Positions 34,969 through 44,037 of a stretch of 50,416 nt of DNA are shown here, piece after piece. Origin of the DNA: an uncultured Nitrososphaerota archaeon (lineage in GTDB: Archaea; Thermoproteota; Methanomethylicia; Methanomethylicales; Methanomethylicaceae); NCBI GenBank assembly GCA_964513415.1, contig CAZEMX010000003.1, positions 1 through 50,416 of the forward strand. Reading direction: 5' to 3'. A program made the position numbers and the translations under genes. The notes below the pieces were generated by a model that was given only the letters and a program-made list of their open reading frames with translations, was not told where the DNA came from and searched no databases. The first letter of the stretch is position 1. Every line of letters starts with the position of its first letter.

Positions 34969-35649
34969 TCAGCCCTTCCTTCCCACTGCTACCCAGTTCT
35001 CTGCAAGAAACTTTGCTCTTATCCTCTCGCCATAGACCCTCTCGAGCTTGAACCCCGCCTCGGCAAGGTCTGAAGCAAGCTCTCCCTTGGTGTAGAGGTG
35101 ATAGAACCTCGTCGCCTTGTTACCCCATGGTATCGTGGCGTCCCCGCACTCTCCCCCCCTCCCCCGCGCGAGGAGCATGGAGGGCAGATGTTTTGCAAAC
35201 CTGCCCTGCAGCCTCGCCCACGCAGTAACCAAGACGATACCGCCCTCCTTCATGACGGCGCGAACCTCTCTCAATGCCCCCCTCCTGTTCTCCCTGCCTG
35301 CAATGTGGTGTATCATCGCTATGCAGACCGCCGCATCGAATGCGCCCTCCCTGAACGGCAGCGCCATCGCATCGCACAGTACGGGCATTATCCTGTCTAG
35401 ATGCCTGCCCTCCGACACCATGCCCTCCAGCATCCCTATCGATATGTCTGCGGCCACAACCAGCGCGGCGTCAGCCTCCGCCAGGGCCACTGCATTCCTG
35501 CCCGCGCCTGCGCCGAGGTCGAGCACGGTCATCCCTGCGCAGTTGCCGACCTCTTTGATGGATGGCCAGGCCCTCCTCCTGGCCGCTTTGAAATCTTGGG
35601 CAATGCAATCATAGGCGTCCATTGCGTCTCTGCTGGCGGTTCCGCTCAT
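34969..35649 (-). CDS. Trm9/ALKBH8-MT-like class I SAM methyltransferase
   Basis: Matches yeast Trm9 by eye: YDCIAQDF...WPSI, VLDLGAGAGRN, CDAMALPFREGAFDAAVCIAMIHH...R..AL.E, TAWA, IPW, RFYHLYTKGEL, ENWVAV. The start was set at ATG 35649; the track uses TTG 35697. Confidence 0.7.
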   Translation of the reverse strand: MSGTASRDAMDAYDCIAQDFKAARRRAWPSIKEVGNCAGMTVLDLGAGAGRNAVALAEADAALVVAADISIGMLEGMVSEGRHLDRIMPVLCDAMALPFREGAFDAAVCIAMIHHIAGRENRRGALREVRAVMKEGGIVLVTAWARLQGRFAKHLPSMLLARGRGGECGDATIPWGNKATRFYHLYTKGELASDLAEAGFKLERVYGERIRAKFLAENWVAVGRKG

Positions 35650-35671
35650 CCCAATCCCTGCGCCTAGCTGC

Positions 35672-36364
35672 TCACTTGCGCGCCCCGTTCTTGGCAATTA
35701 TGGCCCTGGCTATCTCCGCAAAGCCATCGCCATACCGCTTGTCAGCGACCATCTCGGCCAACGCCTTCAGCTCCGGGGCGGCATTCCCGACCGCGTATTT
35801 GAATGCCGCAGCACGGAGGAGTTCACAGTCCGTGGTGCTGTCCCCGACTCCGGCAATCTCCCCCTGGTCGATCCCTGCCCATTTGGCTGCGCACTGGAGC
35901 CCCTTGCCTTTGTCCACGTTGCTGTCAATAATGTGGTACGCAAACCCGCTGTCGATGACCTTGATGCCCTGGAATCTGCTTGCCGCGCGCTCGACATCCT
36001 TCAATTCGACGGTCCGCATTATGGCTGCGTCGACGTACCTGTACTTGTTCGACCATGTCTCCTTGATGATCTCCCCGAACTCATCCTTCAGGCAGCATAC
36101 CGCCCTCTGTGCCAGGCCCCTCTCTCCGATGATCTTAAGCTTGCCCTTATACTCGATCACCGCCCCGTTCTCTGCGATCGTGGGTCCCGTGCAACCGATG
36201 TACCTTGCCAGCGCCTTCAGCACGCACAACGCATTGCCGGAGCAGAGCATAACCATTATGCCCCTGCTCTCGAGGTCCCTGATCGCATCGACCGCAGCAA
36301 GACTCATGATCGAGTTGCTGTCTGTTATGGTTCCATCGACATCCGTAGCAACTGCTCTTATCAA
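35672..36364 (-). CDS. HAD-IIB phosphatase (archaeal phosphoglycolate phosphatase, TA0175-type)
   Basis: VATDVDGTITD, CSGN and GVGDSTTD motifs. 230 aa. Confidence 0.8.
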   Translation of the reverse strand: MIRAVATDVDGTITDSNSIMSLAAVDAIRDLESRGIMVMLCSGNALCVLKALARYIGCTGPTIAENGAVIEYKGKLKIIGERGLAQRAVCCLKDEFGEIIKETWSNKYRYVDAAIMRTVELKDVERAASRFQGIKVIDSGFAYHIIDSNVDKGKGLQCAAKWAGIDQGEIAGVGDSTTDCELLRAAAFKYAVGNAAPELKALAEMVADKRYGDGFAEIARAIIAKNGARK

Positions 36365-36418
36365 GAACGCGCACCTGCCGAAGATTATCTAATCCAGCCT
36401 ATAGCTCTTCTCAAACCC

Positions 36419-36775
36419 TTATAAATGGCGCCTGATCTCCTCCTCGAGCTCCTCCTGGCTGAGCAGCCCCCCTGCCCTGCCTATCTCCTTCCCTCCCCTA
36501 AAGAGGATGAATGACGGCGTGATGTATACCTCGAGGTCCTTTGCCGCTCTCGGGTTCTCCCTCATGTTCAGGTCTGCAAAGATCGCCTTTCCATGATGCC
36601 TCTTGGCTATCCCCTCAAAGACGGGCGCCATCTCGGTGCAGACGCTGCACCAAGGGTCCCAAAACTTGACTATCACGAGCTGCTCGGCAGCCCCTATGAA
36701 TTCGTTGATGCTGGCGTCAGACAACTTTTTGATGAAGCCCCCCATCAGTTCGCCCCTATAATAAGTACTGGTCAT
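36419..36775 (-). CDS. thioredoxin-fold protein with atypical WCSVC active site
   Basis: VVKFWDPWCSVCTEM (CxxC). A possible alternative start is ATG 36745. Confidence 0.85.
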   Translation of the reverse strand: MTSTYYRGELMGGFIKKLSDASINEFIGAAEQLVIVKFWDPWCSVCTEMAPVFEGIAKRHHGKAIFADLNMRENPRAAKDLEVYITPSFILFRGGKEIGRAGGLLSQEELEEEIRRHL

Positions 36776-36809
36776 ACGTGTTATAAATCCACATCCCGTG
36801 CTTTGAGGG

Positions 36810-36881
36810 ACCGAAATCCTGTTTTTCGGTGGAACTCAGGCTTCATCTTATAATAAAACCGAAGCCTAGTCGATTTTTTTT
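36810..36881 (+). ncRNA. candidate small RNA / attenuator: two hairpins followed by T8
   Basis: TTATAAAT lies at 36781-36788. Hairpin 1 is 36810-36830 (7 bp, ACCGAAA/TTTCGGT). Hairpin 2 is 36838-36867 (7 bp, AGGCTTC/GAAGCCT). T8 is at 36874-36881. No plus-strand gene upstream that it could terminate. Confidence 0.2.
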
Positions 36882-36939
36882 CATAAAAAGCTTTAAAATT
36901 TCCAACCGAGATAGTTTATCTAACATAGAGGTTGAATTG

Positions 36940-38445
36940 ATGCCCCAGCTCAAAGTGCTTGGGGGAGGCAGGGAAGTGGGAAGGTCATGCCTCCAACTTG
37001 ATATCAACGGCCACCATTTCCTCTTGGACTGCGGCATAAATCCTGCCGCCGAGGGGCGCGCGTCTCTGCCTGACCTGTCGCAGACCCGCATAGAGCACCT
37101 AGACGGCGTCTTCGTATCCCACGCCCACCTCGACCACACCGGCGCCATCCCGGAGCTGTTGCGCCACGGCTTTGACGGGAAGGTCTACATGACGCTACCC
37201 ACGCTGGCACTGCTGAACCTGCTCTGGCAGGACGAGCTCTCGATAATGGAGCGCGAGTGGACCAAGGATCAGCGCCTCTGGTCCTCGAAGGAGATGCACA
37301 AGATCCTCATGAAGCTCGCAGTGCCCACGACCTACCATGAAGTATTCAAGCTCAACTCGATCAGGGTCAACTTCCACAACGCCGGGCACATCCTAGGCTC
37401 CACGATGACCGAGATCATAAACAACAACTACCGCGTACTGTACTCCGGCGATCTCGGCACGTCGTCCAACCACCTGCGGTATTGGAGGACTGAGGATCTT
37501 GCGAATCCGGACGTCCTGATATGCGAAGGGACCTACGGCGGCAAGAACAGGAAGAGCAGGGCGGAGACCGAAAAGGAACTCCTCTCGAAGATTAGGGCGG
37601 CTCTCGAGGGCGGCGGGAAGGTCCTGATACCGACGTTCTCAGTCGGCAAGACGCATGAGATACTGAAGATAATCAAGGATAGCTGGAGCAGCCTCCCGAA
37701 TGTCGACGTATACCTCGAGGGCATGGCGATAGAGACGCTGAGGGTATATGAGCAGTTTCTCATCTACATGGACGACAAGGTGCGGCGTGCCTTCATCTTC
37801 AACAATATCAACCCCTTCAGGTGGGATGCCCTGCGAACCTTCAAGGGGCTCACTGAGCGGAAGCAGCTGCACCGCAAGGAAGGTCCCTGCATTATCATGG
37901 CGCCCTCGGGCATGCTGCGGGGCGGGTGGAGCGTCTGGCACATGATGCGGATGGCCCCCTCTGAGAATAACCTCATCGCCTTGTGCGGACACATGGCGGC
38001 GGGCACGACCGGGGCCGGCCTCCTCGATGGGGCGCGCGACTTCTTGCTGCGCGACATGATCTCAAAGGACGAGGTGGGCGTCCATGTCGGCTGCAACGTG
38101 GCACACTTCGACCTCTCCAGCCACGCAATGCACAACGAGCTGTGCAGCTATATCTCAAAGCTGAAGCCTGAGCTTCTGGTCCTCGTCCATGGCGAAGAAT
38201 CCAGCCTGAACGCGTTGGCGGAGTCCGTTCAGCAGTACGCCGGCCGCGTCATCATACCCGCCGTCGGCGAAAAGATCGACCTCCTGCAGCCCGCCCTGTC
38301 TCAGGAATCCCCCCATAACGTCGAGATACCCCTGGCCCAGTCCACGTCACTCATATTGAACAAGGAGGCCTCGATGAAGGTCAGGCACATGGGGAGGGAG
38401 AAGTACATGCGCGCTGCAGACCTCCGGTCGCTCGTGAGGCGCTAG
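36940..38445 (+). CDS. beta-CASP family MBL-fold ribonuclease (aCPSF2-like) with a C-terminal extension
   Basis: LKVLGGGREVGRSC, HAHLDHTG and beta-CASP motifs. The start was set at ATG 36940; the track GTG 36829 adds 37 non-homologous residues across the hairpin region. Confidence 0.85.
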   Translation: MPQLKVLGGGREVGRSCLQLDINGHHFLLDCGINPAAEGRASLPDLSQTRIEHLDGVFVSHAHLDHTGAIPELLRHGFDGKVYMTLPTLALLNLLWQDELSIMEREWTKDQRLWSSKEMHKILMKLAVPTTYHEVFKLNSIRVNFHNAGHILGSTMTEIINNNYRVLYSGDLGTSSNHLRYWRTEDLANPDVLICEGTYGGKNRKSRAETEKELLSKIRAALEGGGKVLIPTFSVGKTHEILKIIKDSWSSLPNVDVYLEGMAIETLRVYEQFLIYMDDKVRRAFIFNNINPFRWDALRTFKGLTERKQLHRKEGPCIIMAPSGMLRGGWSVWHMMRMAPSENNLIALCGHMAAGTTGAGLLDGARDFLLRDMISKDEVGVHVGCNVAHFDLSSHAMHNELCSYISKLKPELLVLVHGEESSLNALAESVQQYAGRVIIPAVGEKIDLLQPALSQESPHNVEIPLAQSTSLILNKEASMKVRHMGREKYMRAADLRSLVRR

Positions 38446-38449
38446 CCGC

Positions 38450-39361
38450 TCATCCGTGGAAGTACTCCGACGACTCCGCTCGCACCTTCTCGAAGCCGGG
38501 CACGCCGCACGCGTCGGCCCTGCACTGCTTGCACAGCCTGAACTGCGGCAGGAACCGTTCCGCCGCCTTCCGCGAACCCTCGAGCTCCTCGCAGGTGGGC
38601 GCGCGGCTGCCGCTGAATTTGTGTATGGGTATGAGTGGGATTATGTTCATGAGGCTCGCCCCCCTCTTGGCAACCTCCTCCGCCACCTTGGGCACCTCGC
38701 CTGCATTCACCCCTGGGATCAGCACGGTGTTAACCCTGACGACTATTCCGTTCTTGACGAGCTCTTCCACGCCCTTCAGCTGCTTCTCTATGAGCAGCTT
38801 GGCCCCCTCTGCCCCCCTGTAAACCTTTCCCCGGTAGCCGACCCACTCGTAGATCTTGGCCCCAACCTCTGGGTCGATCGCATTGACCGTCATGGTGACT
38901 GTCTTCACCCCGATCTTGCTGAGCCTCTCCGCCGACTCCTCCGCCAGCAGGCCGTTCGTCGAGAGGCATGCCACCAGGTCCGGCCAATTCTTGACCGCCG
39001 CTTCAAGCGTCCTGAAGGTCGCCTCGTTCGCAAGCGCGTCTCCCGGACCAGCGATGCCGACCACCTTCAGGTTTGGGTTGCTCTTCATCTCGCTGCGTAG
39101 CCTCGAGACCGCCGCCTTCTCATCCATCAGGCACGCCGCGACCCCCGGCCTGTGCTCGCACTTGTCTATCTTGCGCGTGCAGTAGTTGCACTGTATGTTG
39201 CATCTTGGGGCGACCGGCAGGTGGATCCTCGCTGCCTTGAAATGCGCCTTGATGCCGAAACATGGATGGACCGAGGTCAGATGGGCGTACTTAGAGCCGA
39301 TGCCTGCCCACTTCGGGTTCTCGCATTCCACTTGAGTGCCCTCGCTTCCATTCGAACTCAA
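38450..39361 (-). CDS. NifB-like radical SAM protein (minimal, no NifX domain)
   Basis: HPCF...RIHLPVAPRCNIQCNYC...RPGV and a C-terminal CKQCRADACG, matching the NifB signature. About 300 aa, as for methanogen-type NifB. Confidence 0.8.
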   Translation of the reverse strand: MSSNGSEGTQVECENPKWAGIGSKYAHLTSVHPCFGIKAHFKAARIHLPVAPRCNIQCNYCTRKIDKCEHRPGVAACLMDEKAAVSRLRSEMKSNPNLKVVGIAGPGDALANEATFRTLEAAVKNWPDLVACLSTNGLLAEESAERLSKIGVKTVTMTVNAIDPEVGAKIYEWVGYRGKVYRGAEGAKLLIEKQLKGVEELVKNGIVVRVNTVLIPGVNAGEVPKVAEEVAKRGASLMNIIPLIPIHKFSGSRAPTCEELEGSRKAAERFLPQFRLCKQCRADACGVPGFEKVRAESSEYFHG

Positions 39362-39376
39362 TCGCTATATATTCTT

Positions 39377-39832
39377 TCACGCAGTCCACTTCGTGTATGC
39401 CTCGGCAAGCCTCTTCAGCGCCCCCGCAAAATCCCTGCTCAGGAGGTATTTCGACTCTGAAGGCCTATACTCTAGTATGCCCAGGGGGATCAGGTAATTC
39501 TTTATCACGGAATACGTCGCACTCCGCCTCCTCCTCATGAGCCTCTCATCAATATAGCCGGAGAGCTCGCTGGTGGTTACCCACCGCGCCTTGCCCCTGT
39601 TCTCTTGGTCGCTCTTGGTCTTTATCCATTCCAGCAGGACAGACGCGATCTCCTTGTAAGACTCCGCATTCGTAAACACAATCTCCATCATCTCCTTTAT
39701 GCCCAGGTTGCTCGTGACGCTCTGAGCGTCAAAGATCATTCTGCCCGACCTCTTCATCTTCAGCATAATCTTCCTTGGCACACCGCTCACCCATGTATAC
39801 TGTTCACTCTCAAGCAAATTATGCCTTCCCAT
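39377..39832 (-). CDS. hypothetical protein with a possible C-terminal wHTH, 15 nt upstream of the nifB-like gene
   Basis: 151-aa ORF with a clean ATG. The C-terminus ATYSVIKNYLIPLGILEY...KYLLSRDF is wHTH-like. No family recognised. Confidence 0.5.
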   Translation of the reverse strand: MGRHNLLESEQYTWVSGVPRKIMLKMKRSGRMIFDAQSVTSNLGIKEMMEIVFTNAESYKEIASVLLEWIKTKSDQENRGKARWVTTSELSGYIDERLMRRRRSATYSVIKNYLIPLGILEYRPSESKYLLSRDFAGALKRLAEAYTKWTA

Positions 39833-39901
39833 TCTCCAGCCCGCGCCCCCTGTGTCGCCCCTTTAGTAATATTTTTCAAGAGGGTGAGCCCCTTATCTTC
39901 T

Positions 39902-40369
39902 GTGGAGTATCGGCCCTTGTCAAAGAAACAGTTCAGTCATCGCCGCAACTCGCTCGTAAGGATCGAAGTAGACAAGATCTTGTATTCCGCCTCCGAGTCG
40001 GTCGCCTCACAAATTCTATCCGCCGCTATGCCTGCGAATGGCAACAAGGGGTCCCTTGAGCTCTGGGAGATCGAAACCAGGTTGACCCCAATCTTCAACT
40101 CGGCAATAAACCGGATAAGCGAAATCAATCCGAGTGTCGGGGACCTGCTCTCATTCGAGCTGAAGAGGCGAAGCCGCACGCTGACGGACGATCTGATAAG
40201 CCTGCTCTTGGAGAGCCTAAGGGATGCATTCAGGGATGGCGTGGACGTCGATTACCCGACGCCGCGGACGATCCACCTCACCTTCAGGAACTGCTTAGAA
40301 AATGTCTCCTTCATAAGGAAGGATTACTCTGCGAAGGTCTATGAAGTTCTGAGGCATCTGGTCGGATGA
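39902..40369 (+). CDS. hypothetical protein (start uncertain: GTG 39902 or ATG 40028)
   Basis: This is the part of the 39605-40369 ORF that does not overlap the opposite-strand gene. GAGGGTGA lies upstream. No family recognised. Confidence 0.35.
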   Translation: MEYRPLSKKQFSHRRNSLVRIEVDKILYSASESVASQILSAAMPANGNKGSLELWEIETRLTPIFNSAINRISEINPSVGDLLSFELKRRSRTLTDDLISLLLESLRDAFRDGVDVDYPTPRTIHLTFRNCLENVSFIRKDYSAKVYEVLRHLVG

Positions 40370-40495
40370 AACTGCTGCCCTTTGACGCCCTGCTTCGATG
40401 CCCGATACTGAAAGCTTTTATCCGATCGCCACAAAAATTAGGTGACGCGCCTTCGATCGGGTTACGATCAACGCCCGCCCCTTCTGGTGATCGGG

Positions 40496-41905
40496 ATGTT
40501 TGACCGCCTCTTCTCCCCCCATAACGTTGCGATTATAGGTGCCTCGAGGGATGCCTCTTCTTGGGGTCATGCCATTCTCAAGAACCTGATCGATGGGGGT
40601 TTCAGCGGCGGAATATTCCCCGTCAACCCCAAGGCAGATTCGATCTTAGGGATCGTGTGCCACAAAAGCGTAACCGACATACCCTGCGAGGTGGACCTGG
40701 CAATCATAGTCATCCCGGCTCCGCTTGTGCCGGGTGCCGTCAGGGAGTGCGGGGAGAAGCGCATACCATTCGCCGTAATAATCACATCCGGCTTCAGGGA
40801 GGCAGGGGAAGGCGGGAGGGCGCTCGAGAACGAGGTGAAACGGATAGCTGCGCAGTACGGCGTCCGTATAATCGGTCCAAACTGCATGGGCGTTTACAAC
40901 GCCCACAAAAGCATGACCGCAACCTTCACCTCGTCGGTGCCCATGGCTGGCGGCATATCCTTCATATCGCAGAGCGGGGCGATAGGAATCGCAATGCTTG
41001 CTTGGGCCAAGATGAAGGGCATCGGCTTCAGCAAGTTCATAAGCATTGGCAACGAGTCGGACGTATCTCTGCCGGAGATCCTCGGTTATCTGGCTTCGGA
41101 CGCCTCTACCAAAGTGATTGCGCTATACATCGAATCGGTCAGAGACGGCGAGTCGTTTGTCAGATCCCTGCGCTCAGCAGCCGGGAAGAAGCCAATAATT
41201 GCCATGAAGGTGGGCGTGACCTCCTCGGGGGCAAAGACCGCGATGTCGCACACCGGCGCCCTCGCGGTCGAGGATGGCGTCATCGACGGCATCTTCAAGC
41301 AGTTCGGCGTTGTTCGCAGCAGGGGGACAGACGAGCTCTTCATGCTGGCCACCTCTTTCGCCGCCCTTCCCCTCCCAAAGAGCCGCTCATGCCTGATCAT
41401 ATCTGTTGGGGGCGGCTGGGCGGTCGAGTGCGCTGACCTTGCGGAGATCTCCGGACTGGTTCTGGCGCCCCTGCCCGATGAATTGCTCTCCATCGGAGAC
41501 GCCATGTTGCCGCCCTACTGGTCAAGGAGGAATCCTGTAGACATGGTGGCCTCCCCGAATCCAGAATCGTACTATCGCCTGCTCGAGGCCGTACTGAAGC
41601 GGGGCACGTATGGCATGGTGTTTCTCATAGGATACGGCGTCGTAGGCACGATTGCCGTCCCTTCGATCACTTCAAAGGATGTCGAATACGCCGATGCCAT
41701 CGCATCGCTAATCCGGAGTCACTCGACCCCCGTCTTTATTGTGGACCTACTGGGGCCGCCGCAGAACGAGAGCACAAGGCGTTTCGTGCGCTTGGGCCTG
41801 CCCGTCTTCGAAACGGTCCCTTCTGCAGTAGCCGTTGCGGCTCAAATGGCAAGATGGGGCGAGCGACGCCCGAATGCGAGCGCCAGCCATGCATCCCATT
41901 CCTGA
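40496..41905 (+). CDS. ADP-forming acyl/acetyl-CoA synthetase alpha-type subunit (CoA-binding plus ligase-CoA domains, no ATP-grasp)
   Basis: VAIIGASRD CoA-binding N-terminus and the phospho-His motif AMSHTGALA. The start was set at ATG 40496. Confidence 0.8.
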   Translation: MFDRLFSPHNVAIIGASRDASSWGHAILKNLIDGGFSGGIFPVNPKADSILGIVCHKSVTDIPCEVDLAIIVIPAPLVPGAVRECGEKRIPFAVIITSGFREAGEGGRALENEVKRIAAQYGVRIIGPNCMGVYNAHKSMTATFTSSVPMAGGISFISQSGAIGIAMLAWAKMKGIGFSKFISIGNESDVSLPEILGYLASDASTKVIALYIESVRDGESFVRSLRSAAGKKPIIAMKVGVTSSGAKTAMSHTGALAVEDGVIDGIFKQFGVVRSRGTDELFMLATSFAALPLPKSRSCLIISVGGGWAVECADLAEISGLVLAPLPDELLSIGDAMLPPYWSRRNPVDMVASPNPESYYRLLEAVLKRGTYGMVFLIGYGVVGTIAVPSITSKDVEYADAIASLIRSHSTPVFIVDLLGPPQNESTRRFVRLGLPVFETVPSAVAVAAQMARWGERRPNASASHASHS

Positions 41906-41994
41906 CGCACGGATCAAAAGCCCGTCCGCCGACGCACACACGGTGCGCTTCTCTGTTCGAGATCCATCGCCCCTCGACTATCCGCTCAAGGGCA

Positions 41995-42444
41995 TCATCT
42001 GAGGTTCAGCCGGTTCTCCTCTTTCACCACATTCAGCGCAATGCTTGTAACAGTCCTCTTGATCGCCTCCATCTTGAGCGTCTCCTTGATGAAGGCATTC
42101 AGATCGTCCCGGGACCTGAATTTGCCTATTGCTATTATGTCGAACTCTCCAGTCGTGTCATAGACTGCCACAACCGATTTTGATCTTGCTATGGCCTTCT
42201 CAACTTCGATTATGTCCCCCCCCTCGACCTGGATCAGCAAAATCGCTGTAAGTTCAAACCCGAGCTTCTCCGCATCGAGGACTGCCGCAAAGCTCTTGAT
42301 GACGCCTATCTCCTTCAGCTTCTTGACCCTGTTGTGGACCGTCCCGACCGACAGGCCCAGCTTCTTTGCGATATCCCTATAGCTCGTCGTAAAATCTTCC
42401 TGAAGTTCTTTCAGGATTATTATGTCTGTATCGTCTATATCCAA
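41995..42444 (-). CDS. Lrp/AsnC-family transcriptional regulator
   Basis: DIIILKELQEDFTTSYRDIAKKLGLSVGTVHNRVKKL plus a RAM domain. Confidence 0.9.
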   Translation of the reverse strand: MDIDDTDIIILKELQEDFTTSYRDIAKKLGLSVGTVHNRVKKLKEIGVIKSFAAVLDAEKLGFELTAILLIQVEGGDIIEVEKAIARSKSVVAVYDTTGEFDIIAIGKFRSRDDLNAFIKETLKMEAIKRTVTSIALNVVKEENRLNLR

Positions 42445-42455
42445 TTTTTATCCCT

Positions 42456-42893
42456 CTAAAGAGGTGCTTCGGTCTCTTTCAGCCTGTTCAGGACAACGTA
42501 TGTCTTGGTTTTGTGGGTGAAGTCCATTCCCCTAGTGAACTCTATCGTCTTCTCGAGTTCCTTGACACTATCGCATGAGACCTTCATTATTATGTCAAAA
42601 TCGCCTGTTATCGTGTAGAGCTCAGAGATCTCCTTTCTATTGAGCAGCTCCGAACCGGCCACCGGGCCTATCTCACCGCCGACATCAACGCCAACGAATG
42701 CCGTGATCGGCTTCCCTATCTTGTCAGGATTTAATTTGACGGTGAACTTCTCGATTACCTTCTCGTCGATGAGCTTCTTAATCCTTCTTCTTATGGCCGT
42801 CTCTGAAATCCCGGCAGATTTGGCAAGATCTGTGTAAGACATCCTCGAGTCTTCTTGAAGCAGCCCAAGCAGCTTCATGTCTACGCTGTCCAT
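42456..42893 (-). CDS. Lrp/AsnC-family transcriptional regulator (tandem paralog)
   Basis: DMKLLGLLQEDSRMSYTDLAKSAGISETAIRRRIKKL plus a RAM domain. A TATA-like GTTATATTATT lies about 25-35 nt upstream. Confidence 0.9.
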   Translation of the reverse strand: MDSVDMKLLGLLQEDSRMSYTDLAKSAGISETAIRRRIKKLIDEKVIEKFTVKLNPDKIGKPITAFVGVDVGGEIGPVAGSELLNRKEISELYTITGDFDIIMKVSCDSVKELEKTIEFTRGMDFTHKTKTYVVLNRLKETEAPL

Positions 42894-42999
42894 TTATAGC
42901 CACAGTCTTTGAATAATATAACGCTAGCATTTAAGTTTTTAGAACAAAGTGATACCCTAGACATAGAACGATGCTCTCTCAAACTAATGATGGGGCACC

Positions 43000-43911
43000 T
43001 TAAAGCCTTTCCCTGAACGCGAACCATCGCCCCCCCTTCTTGCCTGCCGCGCCCTCCCCCTCAAGATAATGCAGATATGCCAGCGTCTGCTTTATTGGGA
43101 ATATCATCTTTATGACGTTCTGATCTTGGGCCACTGTGAAATACATCCTCTCGACTATCTGCCTCAGGGTGGCCCCGTTGCGGCAGGCGCCCAGCACGTC
43201 ATCGAGCCTATCAACGAAATGCGCCTCCAGCGCCTCGATGTCCTGCCTGTTCAAAGGCATCCTGTCATGCCCGGGGTAGACGTTCTTGAAGACCTTTAGC
43301 TTCTGCAGAGAGAGGAACTCCTGTTTCAGGTCCTCGACATTCACAGTATTCTCTATCGCCGCATCCCCGCTGAAGGCCTCTTCCCTTATTGTGTATGCCA
43401 CGCTCCCCGGCGTGTGACCAGGCACGCCCATGGACTTGAGCGTCCCTCCCTTGAGCTCTATCTTTAGATCCTCAAACTCGGTGTAGCTGACCGGTTTTAG
43501 CATGGCCTTTGATGCCAGGAGCAGCTTTGATCGAACATCCTCCAGCCCATCTGTTTCGAATCCGCCCTCGATGGCATCGACCATCACCTTGTCATACCAT
43601 CCCACCAGGTCCCGCTCATAATCGTCAAGCATGTGCGCATCCTCCTTATGGACCATTATCTCCGCCCCCGTTATCTGCTGCAGGTATCCCCCAAGCCCAA
43701 AATGGTCTATGTGGCCATGGGTGAGCAGTATCGTCTCCGGCGGCCAGGCATCAATCGATTCGAGGGCCTTCTTCAGCGCCGCCCTGTTCTCCGGGCTGTC
43801 CCAACCTGTGTCTATCAGCAGCGTCTGGTCGTCCTTTATGACGTAGCAGTTGGCAGGCTTGCCCAGTCCGAACGCGGCAGGAAACGGGATCGTTATCGGG
43901 ATTATCTTCAT
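43000..43911 (-). CDS. MBL-fold metallo-hydrolase
   Basis: THGHIDHFG and GHTPGS motifs. The start was set at ATG 43911 (MKIIPITIPF...). Confidence 0.8.
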   Translation of the reverse strand: MKIIPITIPFPAAFGLGKPANCYVIKDDQTLLIDTGWDSPENRAALKKALESIDAWPPETILLTHGHIDHFGLGGYLQQITGAEIMVHKEDAHMLDDYERDLVGWYDKVMVDAIEGGFETDGLEDVRSKLLLASKAMLKPVSYTEFEDLKIELKGGTLKSMGVPGHTPGSVAYTIREEAFSGDAAIENTVNVEDLKQEFLSLQKLKVFKNVYPGHDRMPLNRQDIEALEAHFVDRLDDVLGACRNGATLRQIVERMYFTVAQDQNVIKMIFPIKQTLAYLHYLEGEGAAGKKGGRWFAFRERL

Positions 43912-44037
43912 CTCTGGTCTTATACATGAGGGTCCTAACCTGATAATATACCCTCCTTTTTGCGACTGATCCGCATCGCAAAGCCTATATATTACGCACT
44001 CAAATATAACGCAATAAAATATATTGGGGGAGAACCA

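Noticed and set aside
35622-36392. 256-aa plus-strand ORF fully antisense to the HAD-IIB phosphatase gene. Similar long antisense ORFs occur at 1704-2414, 7767-8387, 10640-11407, 12848-13516, 16517-17053, 30161-30859, 34489-35073, 38456-39100 and 45057-45704.
   Set aside because: Each mirrors a gene with clear family motifs on the other strand. Their translations are Ala/Arg/Pro/Ser-rich low-information sequences typical of stop-poor antisense frames in GC-rich DNA. None has a recognisable motif or its own promoter space.
36829-36939. GTG-initiated 37-aa N-terminal extension of the beta-CASP RNase ORF.
   Set aside because: The extension (MELRLHLIIKPKPSRFFFIK...) runs through the AT-rich promoter, hairpin and T8 region and has no beta-CASP counterpart. 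The canonical N-terminus (MPQLKVLGGGREVG) begins at ATG 36940.
40561-41436. 291-aa same-strand alternative-frame ORF inside the acyl-CoA synthetase alpha-type gene.
   Set aside because: It is an Arg/Gly/His-rich frame-shifted reading of a gene whose main frame carries the CoA-binding and phospho-His motifs. Nothing suggests an overlapping gene.
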